From positions 39,077 through 103,076 of the IMG/VR virus record IMGVR_UViG_3300044658_000141: 64,000 bases of DNA, one strand, 5' to 3'. Positions 40,459 through 49,891 of this stretch are shown here, piece by piece (the stretch's first letter is position 1; every line of letters starts with the position of its first letter). Under the pieces are notes generated by a model. That model saw only the letters and a program-made list of their open reading frames with translations, did not search any database and was not told the origin of the DNA. The DNA is from a virus. Made by a program: the position numbers and the translations under genes.

Positions 40459-42032
40459 ATGCTCGATCAAGAACTCTCTCGTATTCCGCAAACCCCGCAA
40501 GAAGCCCGCGCTATAGCTTGGGCCATTGCGCAAGGTTGGAATTTGAATGTCCAGCTTGCTTCTAAAGACGATCGTGACGAAGATGATGGCGAACCAGGAA
40601 CGGAAGAGTGTCCGTTCCCAGTGCGCACGCCAACCCATTCTGGTGTGGGCCAGCTATCGCGTTGATAGCCGCCCGTCTTGATAGCATCACACTGAGCTTG
40701 AGTTAAGTTGCCTTGTTGCAGTTCTTGCTCTAGGTAACTTTCAGGTAGATCCTCAAGCAAAGCTTTCTCTGCAATTTTGAGCCATTTTTCCATGTTATCT
40801 TCCTTTCTTGCGATTGCTGATTTGTCCCCCAAATCAGCAATCCCTTTCCACTGAGCAGGTTGAGATGTGTGCTCAACCTGCTTGCTTGTTGCTACTCGTC
40901 TTTCTCCATTTGTTCTGTTGCAGTCTCACGCCTTCTTACCAGTCCGTAGATGTCAGATCGACGCTCATGTAATCGTTGGTAGATGCTCCAAGCTTCTTCA
41001 GGTGATATGATGAGAGTACCGTGTGTGGTGTGTTCAATATAGATTTTCTCTTCTGAAGGCGAAACATGAACGGTGATCATGGCTATATCTCCCTGTAGAA
41101 TCCAGCCTCAACTAACATTTCCTTGAATTGACGTGTGTTGGCTTGTCCTCTTTGCTGTAAACATTGTTCTTTTCTGGTTGCAAGTTCCTGTATGTCTTGT
41201 AGTTGGTAGATTTCGGCATAAGTTATCTCGAATAGTGTACCTCCGTAGCACAGGATGTTGAGTACCTCCCGTTTAGGTTGCTTACGTGCCTCCAAGTCAA
41301 GCGTTCTAAGCTGTAGGCGAAATTGTTCGATAGTCATTTCTTACTTACCTTTCATGATGTTTTGAGGTGTAAAAGCCTCTTTGATGGTTCGTGGACTCTC
41401 GCATCGTTTGTTCTGGCATTTGTGGCAAAGGGTATTGTGAACCAAGTCAAGTGTCTCTTCTGAACAGGTAATATAGTCGTACTTGTAGTAATTGCGGCCA
41501 CAAAGCGTTAACCATGTTCCTGTTTTGATCTGATGGACAAAGCTTGTTGGTGTGAGCTTGACGTATCTCGATGATTTGCTCATGATTGATCATTCCCTTT
41601 CTACTTCACTAATCCGTGATACTTACGACCATCCCACGACTTCACCCAGATACTCAATCCCTTGTACTTCTTCTTGCTTAACTCTTTAGCTATGGCGTTG
41701 GGTGTGTCTGTGCAAGTACCAACGGTGTCCCATTTGTTTGTTTGCTCATTGATCACTTGCAATTGTGCCTCAGTTACGGTGTTGCCTAGCCATGAGTTGT
41801 TGTATGCTGCTGGCTTCTGTTTGGTTGTCATGGTTCTATCCTCTCTTGCTACTTCTTCGTAAGCACATCGCTCACATGAATAAGAATAACATGGTTGGCG
41901 ACACTTTGTCAAGATATATGTCACGAATATTTACGTAAGATACAAAAAGACGAATTAAAAGCTAGATATCTTGACAAATATAACGACAATCATTATACTG
42001 TTGGTATACCTAGAAAGAAAGGAGTTACAGCA

Positions 42033-42290
42033 ATGGCAAATATACGAGACTTACGAGAAGAGGCTTTACTTTCTCGTAAAACCCTGGCAGATAAAGCTAA
42101 GGTTTCAGAGTCTACGATAGTTCGCGTTGAGGATGGGCAACATCGTACTCAACAAGAAGTTGTTGATAAGTTGTTGAAGGTTCTTAGTAAAGAACTAGGA
42201 AGAAACATCAATATCAAGGATGTAGAGGGCTTGCAGTTCTATAACGTGATGCGAGATCGGAGGAACAGACGAAAAGCAGTAACACCATAG
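42033..42290 (+). CDS. XRE-family HTH regulator
   Basis: IRDLREEALLSRKTLADKAKVSESTIVRVE; AAGGAG RBS; promoter TTGACA-17-TATACT at 41971. Confidence 0.85.
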   Translation: MANIRDLREEALLSRKTLADKAKVSESTIVRVEDGQHRTQQEVVDKLLKVLSKELGRNINIKDVEGLQFYNVMRDRRNRRKAVTP

Positions 42291-42402
42291 AAAGCTAAAT
42301 TTTTGATAAGTCAGGCATATAGTGTTGAGACAGCCTGAGAAACTGAAGCACTATACGCCTAAGCAATCGATGCCAGTATAGCATCTAGATTTGAGCAGAA
42401 CA

Positions 42403-42948
42403 ATGAAGAAAAACGCTGAAGCTCTACGTGTAGAGGCTCATGTGAGAATGGCTAGGAAGTTAGGAGTTATAGCAAGCTTAACTCTTGAAGAATGGGAACA
42501 AACCATTTCAGATTTCGGAGGTATATGCGCTTACTGTCGAGTAAAACCTTTCACTGTTTTAGAACACTTTGTTCCTGTTGCTATTGCAGGCACTCATTCT
42601 AAAAATTGTCTGCCAGCCTGTAAAGATTGCAATATCAAAAAGAGAAATCGTCAGGGAGATAAGTTAGTGGAGGTGTTTGGACAAGAGCGAATAGACAGTC
42701 TACAAGCTTATCTACAATCACGTACTATAGTGCCAGCAATTGAGCGTCCTTTATCGCTTCCAAAGAAACCTAAACGCGAACCGAAGGTCATAGCAAATCC
42801 TCGTCGCCCTATTAAAAACTTTGATATAGATAAAGAATATTATTCCATTGAGGACTATTCTCTTACGCCCACAAACATGTTATACTCAGGGCAGCGAGCC
42901 GACGAGCCACAAGCTATCGGCTCATTTTTTGCTTTTTGGAGCATGTGA
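42403..42948 (+). CDS. HNH endonuclease
   Basis: CAYC...LEHFVP...GTH...CLPACKDCN..K. Confidence 0.85.
   Translation: MKKNAEALRVEAHVRMARKLGVIASLTLEEWEQTISDFGGICAYCRVKPFTVLEHFVPVAIAGTHSKNCLPACKDCNIKKRNRQGDKLVEVFGQERIDSLQAYLQSRTIVPAIERPLSLPKKPKREPKVIANPRRPIKNFDIDKEYYSIEDYSLTPTNMLYSGQRADEPQAIGSFFAFWSM
42878..42930 (+). promoter_or_regulatory. Extended -10 plus GAGCC-GAC-GAGCCA hairpin/U-tract leader of the lysis operon
   Basis: TGTTATACT...GAGCCGACGAGCCACAAGCTATCGGCTCATTTTTT. Confidence 0.55.
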
Positions 42949-43118
42949 TGAGAACATTCTTGCAGCCACTCATGGCACTGGTCGCCTATGCTCTGGTCCG
43001 TTCAGCAGATCTGGCTATCAGTGCGGCCATCAGTCGAAGCGTGATTCGCGCTGTTTGTTATGGCGTTGTGGCGGTATTTCTGCTGCTGATTGTCGTCACT
43101 GCTTTGTTTGGGATTTGA
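42948..43118 (+). CDS. Small two-TM membrane protein (holin/antiholin-like position)
   Basis: GGAG RBS; hydrophobic; first gene of the lysis cassette. Confidence 0.5.
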   Translation: MRTFLQPLMALVAYALVRSADLAISAAISRSVIRAVCYGVVAVFLLLIVVTALFGI

Positions 43119-43282
43119 GGCGTTGTTCAAGTATATTTTCTCATTGGACGTGCCATGATGTGCTGGAAAGAATTTCCTGCTGGAGAACCAGATAATGAGA
43201 AAGCACAGGAAATCGGCAAACAGTTGATAGCATTCATCAGGAAATACGTCAAGCAAGAACCACGAGCGCTCAGGTGGCTCAT

Positions 43283-44803
43283 ATGACTGATTATGCAAAT
43301 GCAATTTGGATGCCCAGCCCTTTTCATTGGACTGGTCGCGAGGGGCAAACACCAAAATGGATCGTATTGCATGGTACAGCAGGAGGCACTAGCGCTCAAG
43401 CTATATCTGAGTGGTTTCAAAATCCCGCTGCACAAGTATCAGCAAATTATACTGTTGGAACAGATGGAATAATTGTACAATCAGTCCTTGAACAAGATGC
43501 CCCATATGCAAACGGTTTTATCAGTGGCCAGAGTGGCACATCCGGCGATGGTTATGGCAATGGTTTTCATGATGGCTGGTGGGATAGTGGCATCAATCCG
43601 AATCTGCTTACCATCTCAATTGAACATGTCAAGCCTGCGACTGACAATTCTAATCAGTTGACCGATGTGCAGAAGCAGGCCAGCTTTAGGCTTATTCGAG
43701 ACATCTGCCAACGGCGCAATATCCCGATGCGTGAAGCCGATGCCAGTGGTGGCATTACCGGTCACTATGCTCTCGACCCACAGAATCGCCCAAACTGCCC
43801 AGGCCCTTATCCATGGAATGATCTTTTCATCTTCTTAGCAGGAGCCCCTATGACAACTCTTGAAGGCTTCCCGATGGTGTCACAACTCGACAGCGATATC
43901 AACGCGCAATTTGACTGCATAGCAGCAGCTATAGCGGCATCGCTGGAGTACCTGACAAAGCAACCGTACACGTCTGCTCAGGTCAAGGACGCTGTGTACG
44001 GCAGCAACTACCAAGGCAATACTGACACTGTACGATACGTGACTTACTGCGCTCAACATGGCGTGCAGCTCTCGCCGATCAATGGCAACAATACAGCGCT
44101 CGTCCAGGAGACGAAGCAGCAACTAGCGCAGGGACACCCCGTCCTGCTCACTGAGATTGATCCCTACATGCCTGCTAGTTCTGGCGAGACGCATGTAGTA
44201 GTAGCTTACGCGTGCAATGCGGATAGTGTCACTGTGATGGATCCGTATATTGCCGCTCCGGTCACTAAGACAGATCAGCAATGGCAGAGCGATTTACGTT
44301 CTAATCAGATCTGGATGTTACAGAAAGAGGAGATAGTGTTAGACATTTCTCAGGTTAGCGACCTTTTTACTGAGGTACAGAAAGATGCTAGGTGGCACTG
44401 CAAGCCAACTGGCTATGATATCGCATACGGCATCTTGACCTACTACCGCACCTGCACAGCTACCGGGTTGAATGGCTTGTCACAATTCGGCTTGCCGACT
44501 AGCGGAGAGCAACCGATACTTGGCACACCAGGGGCAACCTATCAAGTGTTCGAGCGTGGGATCATCGTTTATGATGCTGCGCACAAAGTTGATAGCGTTC
44601 CCGGCATATCCGGTCCCTGCTATCCTGGTCACCTTGATAAATTCTTGTCACAATCAGCACCAGTGCCCGCAAATATCGCATCAGCTATTAGTACGCTCCA
44701 CTCGGCACAAGCCACAGCAGCAACGCTACAGGCTGGTTTCGGGGCATTGAACACGGGGATACAATCGGCGTTGTCTGATTTAGGGCAGTTCGTCGGGAAG
44801 TGA
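43283..44803 (+). CDS. Endolysin: N-acetylmuramoyl-L-alanine amidase (Amidase_2) + C39-like peptidase + LGFP-like binding region
   Basis: IVLHGT, SANY, ISIEH, ITGH...CPG; second domain DC..AA...GHPV...HVVV...VMDP; FGLPTSGE...QVFERG. Confidence 0.85.
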   Translation: MTDYANAIWMPSPFHWTGREGQTPKWIVLHGTAGGTSAQAISEWFQNPAAQVSANYTVGTDGIIVQSVLEQDAPYANGFISGQSGTSGDGYGNGFHDGWWDSGINPNLLTISIEHVKPATDNSNQLTDVQKQASFRLIRDICQRRNIPMREADASGGITGHYALDPQNRPNCPGPYPWNDLFIFLAGAPMTTLEGFPMVSQLDSDINAQFDCIAAAIAASLEYLTKQPYTSAQVKDAVYGSNYQGNTDTVRYVTYCAQHGVQLSPINGNNTALVQETKQQLAQGHPVLLTEIDPYMPASSGETHVVVAYACNADSVTVMDPYIAAPVTKTDQQWQSDLRSNQIWMLQKEEIVLDISQVSDLFTEVQKDARWHCKPTGYDIAYGILTYYRTCTATGLNGLSQFGLPTSGEQPILGTPGATYQVFERGIIVYDAAHKVDSVPGISGPCYPGHLDKFLSQSAPVPANIASAISTLHSAQATAATLQAGFGALNTGIQSALSDLGQFVGK

Positions 44804-44944
44804 CACCTGTGGAGAGAGCAGCTCTGGCCTTGTCAACGGACAAGGTGAAACTGCTCTCGTTGAAGCAGGAACTAAAGGCGATATTTGTGGCTTGTCCCAA
44901 ATGTCCATGTTTTAGAGAACGGAAATCGTAGAAAGGCAGGCACT

Positions 44945-45286
44945 ATGACACCCGCAACCCTATCACAACTCTGGACACTTTTGCTGCCCCTGCTCGTCCT
45001 GATCATCTCGTACATCATCCAGCAGGAGCGCTGGTCAGCCACTATTAACGGCCTTATAGCACTCATCATGGTCATCATCGCCACCATCGCATCACTCATC
45101 CTGCAAGGTGGCAATCTCACCGACGCCAGTGTCGTGGCGGCATTCTCAGCTGCGCTCCAATCTGAAGCACTTGCGCCATTGATGCCATACCTGCGATCAT
45201 TCCCGGCATTGCCAGGCTCTACATCGCCATCAGCCACATCGCAGGCTACATTGCCTGCTACCGACTCGCAGAAGCCGAGCGCGTGA
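44945..45286 (+). CDS. Holin-like membrane protein
   Basis: Two TM segments; directly after the endolysin. Confidence 0.6.
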   Translation: MTPATLSQLWTLLLPLLVLIISYIIQQERWSATINGLIALIMVIIATIASLILQGGNLTDASVVAAFSAALQSEALAPLMPYLRSFPALPGSTSPSATSQATLPATDSQKPSA

Positions 45287-45364
45287 TGGAGTGTAGTAGC
45301 ACCTAGCGAGTTTTCATCGGACAGGGTCTTGCAAGGGGCTCCCCTGTTTGTTACCATGGCTGTC

Positions 45365-45892
45365 ATGCAACAGACATCCCTTTTTGAATCTGAAGAGCAG
45401 CAGGGGCCAACCTGCCCGCTCTGTCATTCCCCTGTCCGGCAACTCCCGGACAGCCAATTCGCCGATGTGGTGGCGATCGGCCAACAGCTCATGTGGCTGC
45501 ACCTGCATTATGAGCAAGCCTTGCCATTTCCCCTGCGCAAAATCACAAAGTCAGGCGTGCCTGTTTCGTATCGCGTGGAAAAGATGCGCATGTCGGACGA
45601 TAAAACATCTCTGTTTGTCAATGAGACGCTCACCCTGGCCGGTATCCCGCCAGAGGTGTACGAGTATCGCCTGGGTGACAAATCGGCGCTAGAGTGGGTC
45701 GTAGACCAGTACCAGGTCACAACTGATAAACGCAGCGGCCTGGTCAGCGATCCGAATAACCAGGATGATGAAGAGTACATTGTCCGGTTAGTCTGCCAGG
45801 TCGTGGCTGTTTCGCTGGAGACGGTGCGACTGACGAAGTTGCTGGACGAGCTGGTGGCACCGGAGGACTGGCTAGGAGTGGAAGCTATATAG
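45365..45892 (+). CDS. Stand-alone C-terminal specificity-domain fragment of a type ISP restriction-modification enzyme
   Basis: VEKMR...TLAGIPPEVYEYRLGDKSALEWVVDQYQV.TDKRSG...DPN...YIVRL...V.VSLETV; N-terminal QTSLF and CPLC. Likely leaderless (TTGCAA-18-TACCAT, ATG 7 nt downstream). Confidence 0.75.
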   Translation: MQQTSLFESEEQQGPTCPLCHSPVRQLPDSQFADVVAIGQQLMWLHLHYEQALPFPLRKITKSGVPVSYRVEKMRMSDDKTSLFVNETLTLAGIPPEVYEYRLGDKSALEWVVDQYQVTTDKRSGLVSDPNNQDDEEYIVRLVCQVVAVSLETVRLTKLLDELVAPEDWLGVEAI

Positions 45893-45901
45893 AGGGAGCT
45901 G

Positions 45902-46687
45902 TCAACTGTAGCTTGCGATTACGGAAAAAGTAGCAGCCAACTTGTGATAGAGCGCAGGCCAGCCACTTCTGAGCCACACATGAGATCCGTACTGCATGAC
46001 ACGATAGCAGGTAAGTGGGGCCACGCGTCGATGATCCAACGGTATGCCTAGTTCTGCAAGCTTGTCATAGACTGGATTGTATGGTAATTCCCTACTCACA
46101 ATATACCCCCAGACGTCCCGCTTCGACCAATGAGCTAGCGGCGAGCAGTGCCACCTATCGCCTTCGCTTTTTACCTGGTAAAGCGGTTTTGTACCGCCTT
46201 TGAGTGCATAGGTACGGCTTCTGCTCTCAGATGCCAGCAGTCCCAGGAACGTACCATCGTAGCCGCCTGAGAGATCCTTGAGAGAGTCCTGTGTCTCATC
46301 CCAAACAGGAGGATTGCCCCATATTGCCAACGCTTCAGGATCTTCGCACAGATCAGGACGCATCATTTCCTTACACCAATCGCGCCACGGTTGCATACAG
46401 CGTACACGATGGAGATGGAAGTTGTAGCGCTCTTCAGTGTCGGAGAGGAACTGAAGACTTTCTGGATAATCGTAGCCATCGTCACCAAAGACGACAAACA
46501 CACGATTACCGGCAGAATAAAGCAAATCAAGAAGAACGTATGAATCAATGCCACCTGAAAAAGCAAGATATGGATGGTCAATTTTGCTTATTGCCTCGTC
46601 AATGATCGCTCTAGACTTCTCGACCTTTCGTTGAAAATGTTGCAGTTTGGCATGGTAGATATGTTGCAGCTTTTCTATTTCAAGCAT
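45902..46687 (-). CDS. cysH: CysH-like (PAPS reductase family) accessory protein of type IV-B CRISPR-Cas
   Basis: PP-loop AFSGGIDS, LGL.ASES..R, PLAHWS..DVW.YI...LPYNPVYD; last gene of the csf operon. Confidence 0.88.
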   Translation of the reverse strand: MLEIEKLQHIYHAKLQHFQRKVEKSRAIIDEAISKIDHPYLAFSGGIDSYVLLDLLYSAGNRVFVVFGDDGYDYPESLQFLSDTEERYNFHLHRVRCMQPWRDWCKEMMRPDLCEDPEALAIWGNPPVWDETQDSLKDLSGGYDGTFLGLLASESRSRTYALKGGTKPLYQVKSEGDRWHCSPLAHWSKRDVWGYIVSRELPYNPVYDKLAELGIPLDHRRVAPLTCYRVMQYGSHVWLRSGWPALYHKLAATFSVIASYS

Positions 46688-47441
46688 CTTTTTTTCTTGC
46701 CTTTGTTACACACCATGATTGATTGATCGAATGCCACTGCGGAGCACGATAGGCAATGTGTTGGATATCAAGCGGCATAGCGATAGATTGATCAAACAAA
46801 GGACCTGGTACTGGTCGCATTAAATTTGCATCAAGCCATTCTGATTGATCTTGTTCAATTGGCTCTACATGCCACGCGAGCACATGCCCGTTTCCCTGGC
46901 TTCTCTTTTTGGCCAGTCCAACAATAGGCTGGATAAGCTCTGTTATCTGCTCTCTATCGCCATAGGCGTACCAGACAACCTTATCTGTTACGAGAGTAGG
47001 CAGTGGCATATGATAGGCTTTATAGCGGCCTTGCTCAATGATGATTTTCTCAACTCGACCGCCAAAGTCGATGTGATCAGAAAGAGATGGTTGTGTGTCA
47101 AAACGCTTATTCCAGTACTGCGTGTCTCTCGCCTGGATTTTGATTTGGGCTGAGGAACATGACCAGTACCAGAGGCTCTTATCCTGTATCTGTTCTTTGA
47201 AATCAAACCAGACATCGCCGGTTCGCATCTGCTGAACTTCAGGCGATGGCTTGCCTCTCATCTCAAGAGGCAAGCGAGCAAACATCACACATTCTTTTGG
47301 ATCTGGCAGATAGTAGAACTCATCTCCATAATGACGCCGGAGGACCTGAGCGGCTAAAATGCCATCCAGTGAGAGATCTTCTGGGCGTGCCAGGGCAATA
47401 GAGCCAGCAAGATGGGCAGTGATTTGGAGCGCTTCAAACAT
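46680..47441 (-). CDS. csf3: Type IV Cas5 (Csf3)
   Basis: LQITAHL...LSLDGILA, LPL, WSCS, GRYKAY.MP, WYAYGD, GLAKKRSQGNGHV..W, RPVP, YRAPQW. Confidence 0.85.
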   Translation of the reverse strand: MFEALQITAHLAGSIALARPEDLSLDGILAAQVLRRHYGDEFYYLPDPKECVMFARLPLEMRGKPSPEVQQMRTGDVWFDFKEQIQDKSLWYWSCSSAQIKIQARDTQYWNKRFDTQPSLSDHIDFGGRVEKIIIEQGRYKAYHMPLPTLVTDKVVWYAYGDREQITELIQPIVGLAKKRSQGNGHVLAWHVEPIEQDQSEWLDANLMRPVPGPLFDQSIAMPLDIQHIAYRAPQWHSINQSWCVTKARKKDA

Positions 47442-48394
47442 CAGCCTATCTCACCCAACACTTTTAGGATGTCCTCTTTATTCGTTTGTAAATGCTCAGA
47501 ATATGCCTGTCCGAGAGGCAGACCAACCTCTTGATTACCAGCCCTGGCAAGAGGCGATACAGACATCCAATTGTCAAATTTTAGCTCAACTTCGCCGCAA
47601 CCATGCCGGGATTGACCACCAATAAACGGGGCCTTACTCCACTCGATCAACGCGCTAGCAAAGGCTTCATACTCCAGATCGGTCACATCCTCTAGCTGAA
47701 GCCAGCAGTAGAAGCGTGTACCAGCAATCAGCACCTCTTGTGAATAGCGCATCTGCTGCGCTGTACCCGGCTTCTCTGCAATCTCTGTTCCGTCTTTTGC
47801 TAGTTTCGTCTTTGGCGCTTCTAACAGTGTTCGCTCTGGGGCTGGAAGATATTGCTGCCATTTCTCAGATTTAGCGTCATCTGTACGCGTGAAACTGTGT
47901 ACGTCCGTCATGTCGTAGATGCTCAGATACGACTCTGGGAGATGCTGATAGTGTGCAGGGAGGAGATGCATCATCTCTTTGCAGACGGGATACCACTTGC
48001 CTACTTTTAACTTGCCTTCGAGGATTTGACGACCACATGCTCCCCCAAAGACGCCCACAAGCGGGATGAGTTCGCGCAATTTACGCGCCTGCCCCATATC
48101 CAGACCACGACCGGCTTCTTTTGTGAGAGCACCACCGGATGTCAAAAAGTGAAATGCCGCCGGGGAAAGCGTCGGGTCCCCTAGCTCACGAAGCATATAG
48201 CGCATACCGGTATCGCGTAATTGACCACGAAACGAGTTACCTGAGATCATCGCTACATCAATGATTTTGCCATGAGAGATAACTTTCTCGCGACGTAGAA
48301 TTGACGTTGTACCGCCAGTGCTATCACCCAGATGAGACACCGCACTTAAGGCTGTAGCAATGCCCTCAAACCTGTAACTATTTACCTGCTGCAT
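47441..48394 (-). CDS. csf2: Type IV Cas7 (Csf2)
   Basis: ALSAVSH, ISGNSFRGQLRD, FL.SGG, IPLVGVFGG, TRTDD, QMRY..E.L..GT, IGGQSRHGCG. Confidence 0.9.
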   Translation of the reverse strand: MQQVNSYRFEGIATALSAVSHLGDSTGGTTSILRREKVISHGKIIDVAMISGNSFRGQLRDTGMRYMLRELGDPTLSPAAFHFLTSGGALTKEAGRGLDMGQARKLRELIPLVGVFGGACGRQILEGKLKVGKWYPVCKEMMHLLPAHYQHLPESYLSIYDMTDVHSFTRTDDAKSEKWQQYLPAPERTLLEAPKTKLAKDGTEIAEKPGTAQQMRYSQEVLIAGTRFYCWLQLEDVTDLEYEAFASALIEWSKAPFIGGQSRHGCGEVELKFDNWMSVSPLARAGNQEVGLPLGQAYSEHLQTNKEDILKVLGEIG

Positions 48395-48806
48395 TGGCAA
48401 TCCATCCTTTCTCTTGCTTTTCTTCGTCTTTAGCTATTCTCATGAGCATCACACAGACCTGTGGATCACGCCGTAGTGCCTCTAGGATGAGCATAGGGTC
48501 ACCGTGTTTTCCTGCAAGGCAATCGGCCACGAATCGGCGTTCATCATCATCCTTGCCAATCTCAGCCACTTGGAACATCTGTGAGAGCCTAGAGAGAAAA
48601 AAGGTCAAGCTGTTCGTAATTCGTGCCGCCGTCGCTACTCTCTCTTCGTACATTCTCCAGATCTCCATGCGATACTTGCTCAGATATTCTTTGTCGATGC
48701 CGTTCCACACGGCTCTCAGCAGGCTTGCTGCTACTTTTCGTATCTCTAGTTCCTGCTGAAATGGCTCCAGGTCCATCTCCTGCGCTAGGCCGTTCTCCTG
48801 TTGCAT
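48378..48806 (-). CDS. cas11: Type IV-B small subunit (Cas11-like)
   Basis: Helical ~142-aa protein between csf1 and csf2 (LLRAVW..ID..Y...IW..YEERV..AA...L..F...L). Confidence 0.7.
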   Translation of the reverse strand: MQQENGLAQEMDLEPFQQELEIRKVAASLLRAVWNGIDKEYLSKYRMEIWRMYEERVATAARITNSLTFFLSRLSQMFQVAEIGKDDDERRFVADCLAGKHGDPMLILEALRRDPQVCVMLMRIAKDEEKQEKGWIANAAGK

Positions 48807-49473
48807 CTTTTTCTTCCTTTTCAACTATCGTGATATAGCTGTACAATTCGATTTGCGGCGAGTTGCGCCATTGCTCCAATTGGCGACTGAGCAAAAGCGC
48901 CCAATCCCATTGGCCATGTTTTTTAAGCGTCTGGCCATAGAGATTACCGCTCAGGATCTCTCCTTTTCCATGTCCGAGTTGAAGCAGCCCCATAAACGGC
49001 ATCTCAATTGCTTCCCAGATTGACAGATTGAGATGTGCAACCTGCTCCTCAACCTGTATGGACAATTGATGGCTTCTAGTGGCATTCAATGGAGCTTGTA
49101 GCAGCACATGCTTCTTTTTGCTCAGAGATATCACGAGATAGCAATCTTCTTCCAGACCATGCCGCAATGCATGCAAGATATCGTCCTTCATCTGTTCGCG
49201 CTGCCAATTCTGCCAGGAATGAGGCTGGACAATAAGCGACATCTTGCGAAATTCTGGATGGCCTGCTTTATTGTCAAAGTACCACTGGCAGGCATCACAG
49301 AGATAGGCTGATGTTGGACATGCTGCAAGATAGTGGCTGTTGAATGTATCAGCTAGTCCACGAGCAACAGTATGCTGTTCAGTACATCTCGTTGCACAGA
49401 GATAGCATTGTGCTGTCCCTATGCTGTTATCGTTCTGGAACTGGCTGTAGAGCCAACCGATAGATTTATTCAT
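48589..49473 (-). CDS. csf1: Type IV large subunit Cas8 (Csf1)
   Basis: CYLC...TFN......CP.S..LCDAC zinc motif; S.KKHVL..AP.N; C-terminal ~72 codons overlap cas11 in another frame. ATG 49473 has a GAGG RBS. Confidence 0.8.
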   Translation of the reverse strand: MNKSIGWLYSQFQNDNSIGTAQCYLCATRCTEQHTVARGLADTFNSHYLAACPTSAYLCDACQWYFDNKAGHPEFRKMSLIVQPHSWQNWQREQMKDDILHALRHGLEEDCYLVISLSKKKHVLLQAPLNATRSHQLSIQVEEQVAHLNLSIWEAIEMPFMGLLQLGHGKGEILSGNLYGQTLKKHGQWDWALLLSRQLEQWRNSPQIELYSYITIVEKEEKDATGERPSAGDGPGAISAGTRDTKSSSKPAESRVERHRQRISEQVSHGDLENVRRESSDGGTNYEQLDLFSL

Positions 49474-49497
49474 CTCAATCGCCTCTGGAGACCTGCA

Positions 49498-49752
49498 TGC
49501 TGATCTGATTGGCGCTCGCAATGTCACCATGAGAACGCTCCTGGTCCGGCAGGACTGGATCAGGACGGGGTTTGTGTCAATGGCCCCTGATGCCTCGGAC
49601 CGTGAAGCCAAAGCGGCACGTCTACGAAGATCTGCCGAGTTGCGGTGGAGTCCAGGGGCGACGACACAAGCCTCCGCGATCTTCGCGGGGGTCGTTGACT
49701 CTTCTATCGCTTTCCTGATTATTGGCTCTAGCTCTGGCCTGTCAGCAATCAG
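49498..49752. ncRNA. Highly structured region upstream of csf1 (candidate ncRNA)
   Basis: Nested stems 49572-78/49663-69 and 49583-89/49653-59; hairpins 49539-65 and 49671-91. Minus-strand extended -10 TGATAAAAT at 49795-49803. Confidence 0.5.
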
Positions 49753-49891
49753 CGTATCGAAGAGAGAATAGCACAAACGTCCGTGAATGCCAACATTTTA
49801 TCACGATTGACACGTTGTGCTATACTTTCTCTTGTTTCTATGTATTTCTCGATTAACACTATTTGCACAATTGTTCAAGAAAGGATTTGTT

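Noticed and set aside
40813-40884. Two perfect hairpins in an intergenic spacer
   Set aside because: Most simply terminator or mRNA-stability stems; no further pattern seen.
45902-46687. cysH as a sulfur-metabolism auxiliary gene
   Set aside because: Coupled to csf3 with no other cys genes; fits the IV-B accessory role.
49474-49776. 101-codon N-terminal extension of Csf1 from GTG 49776
   Set aside because: No RBS at that GTG, non-protein-like composition, and a better RBS at ATG 49473; not fully excluded.
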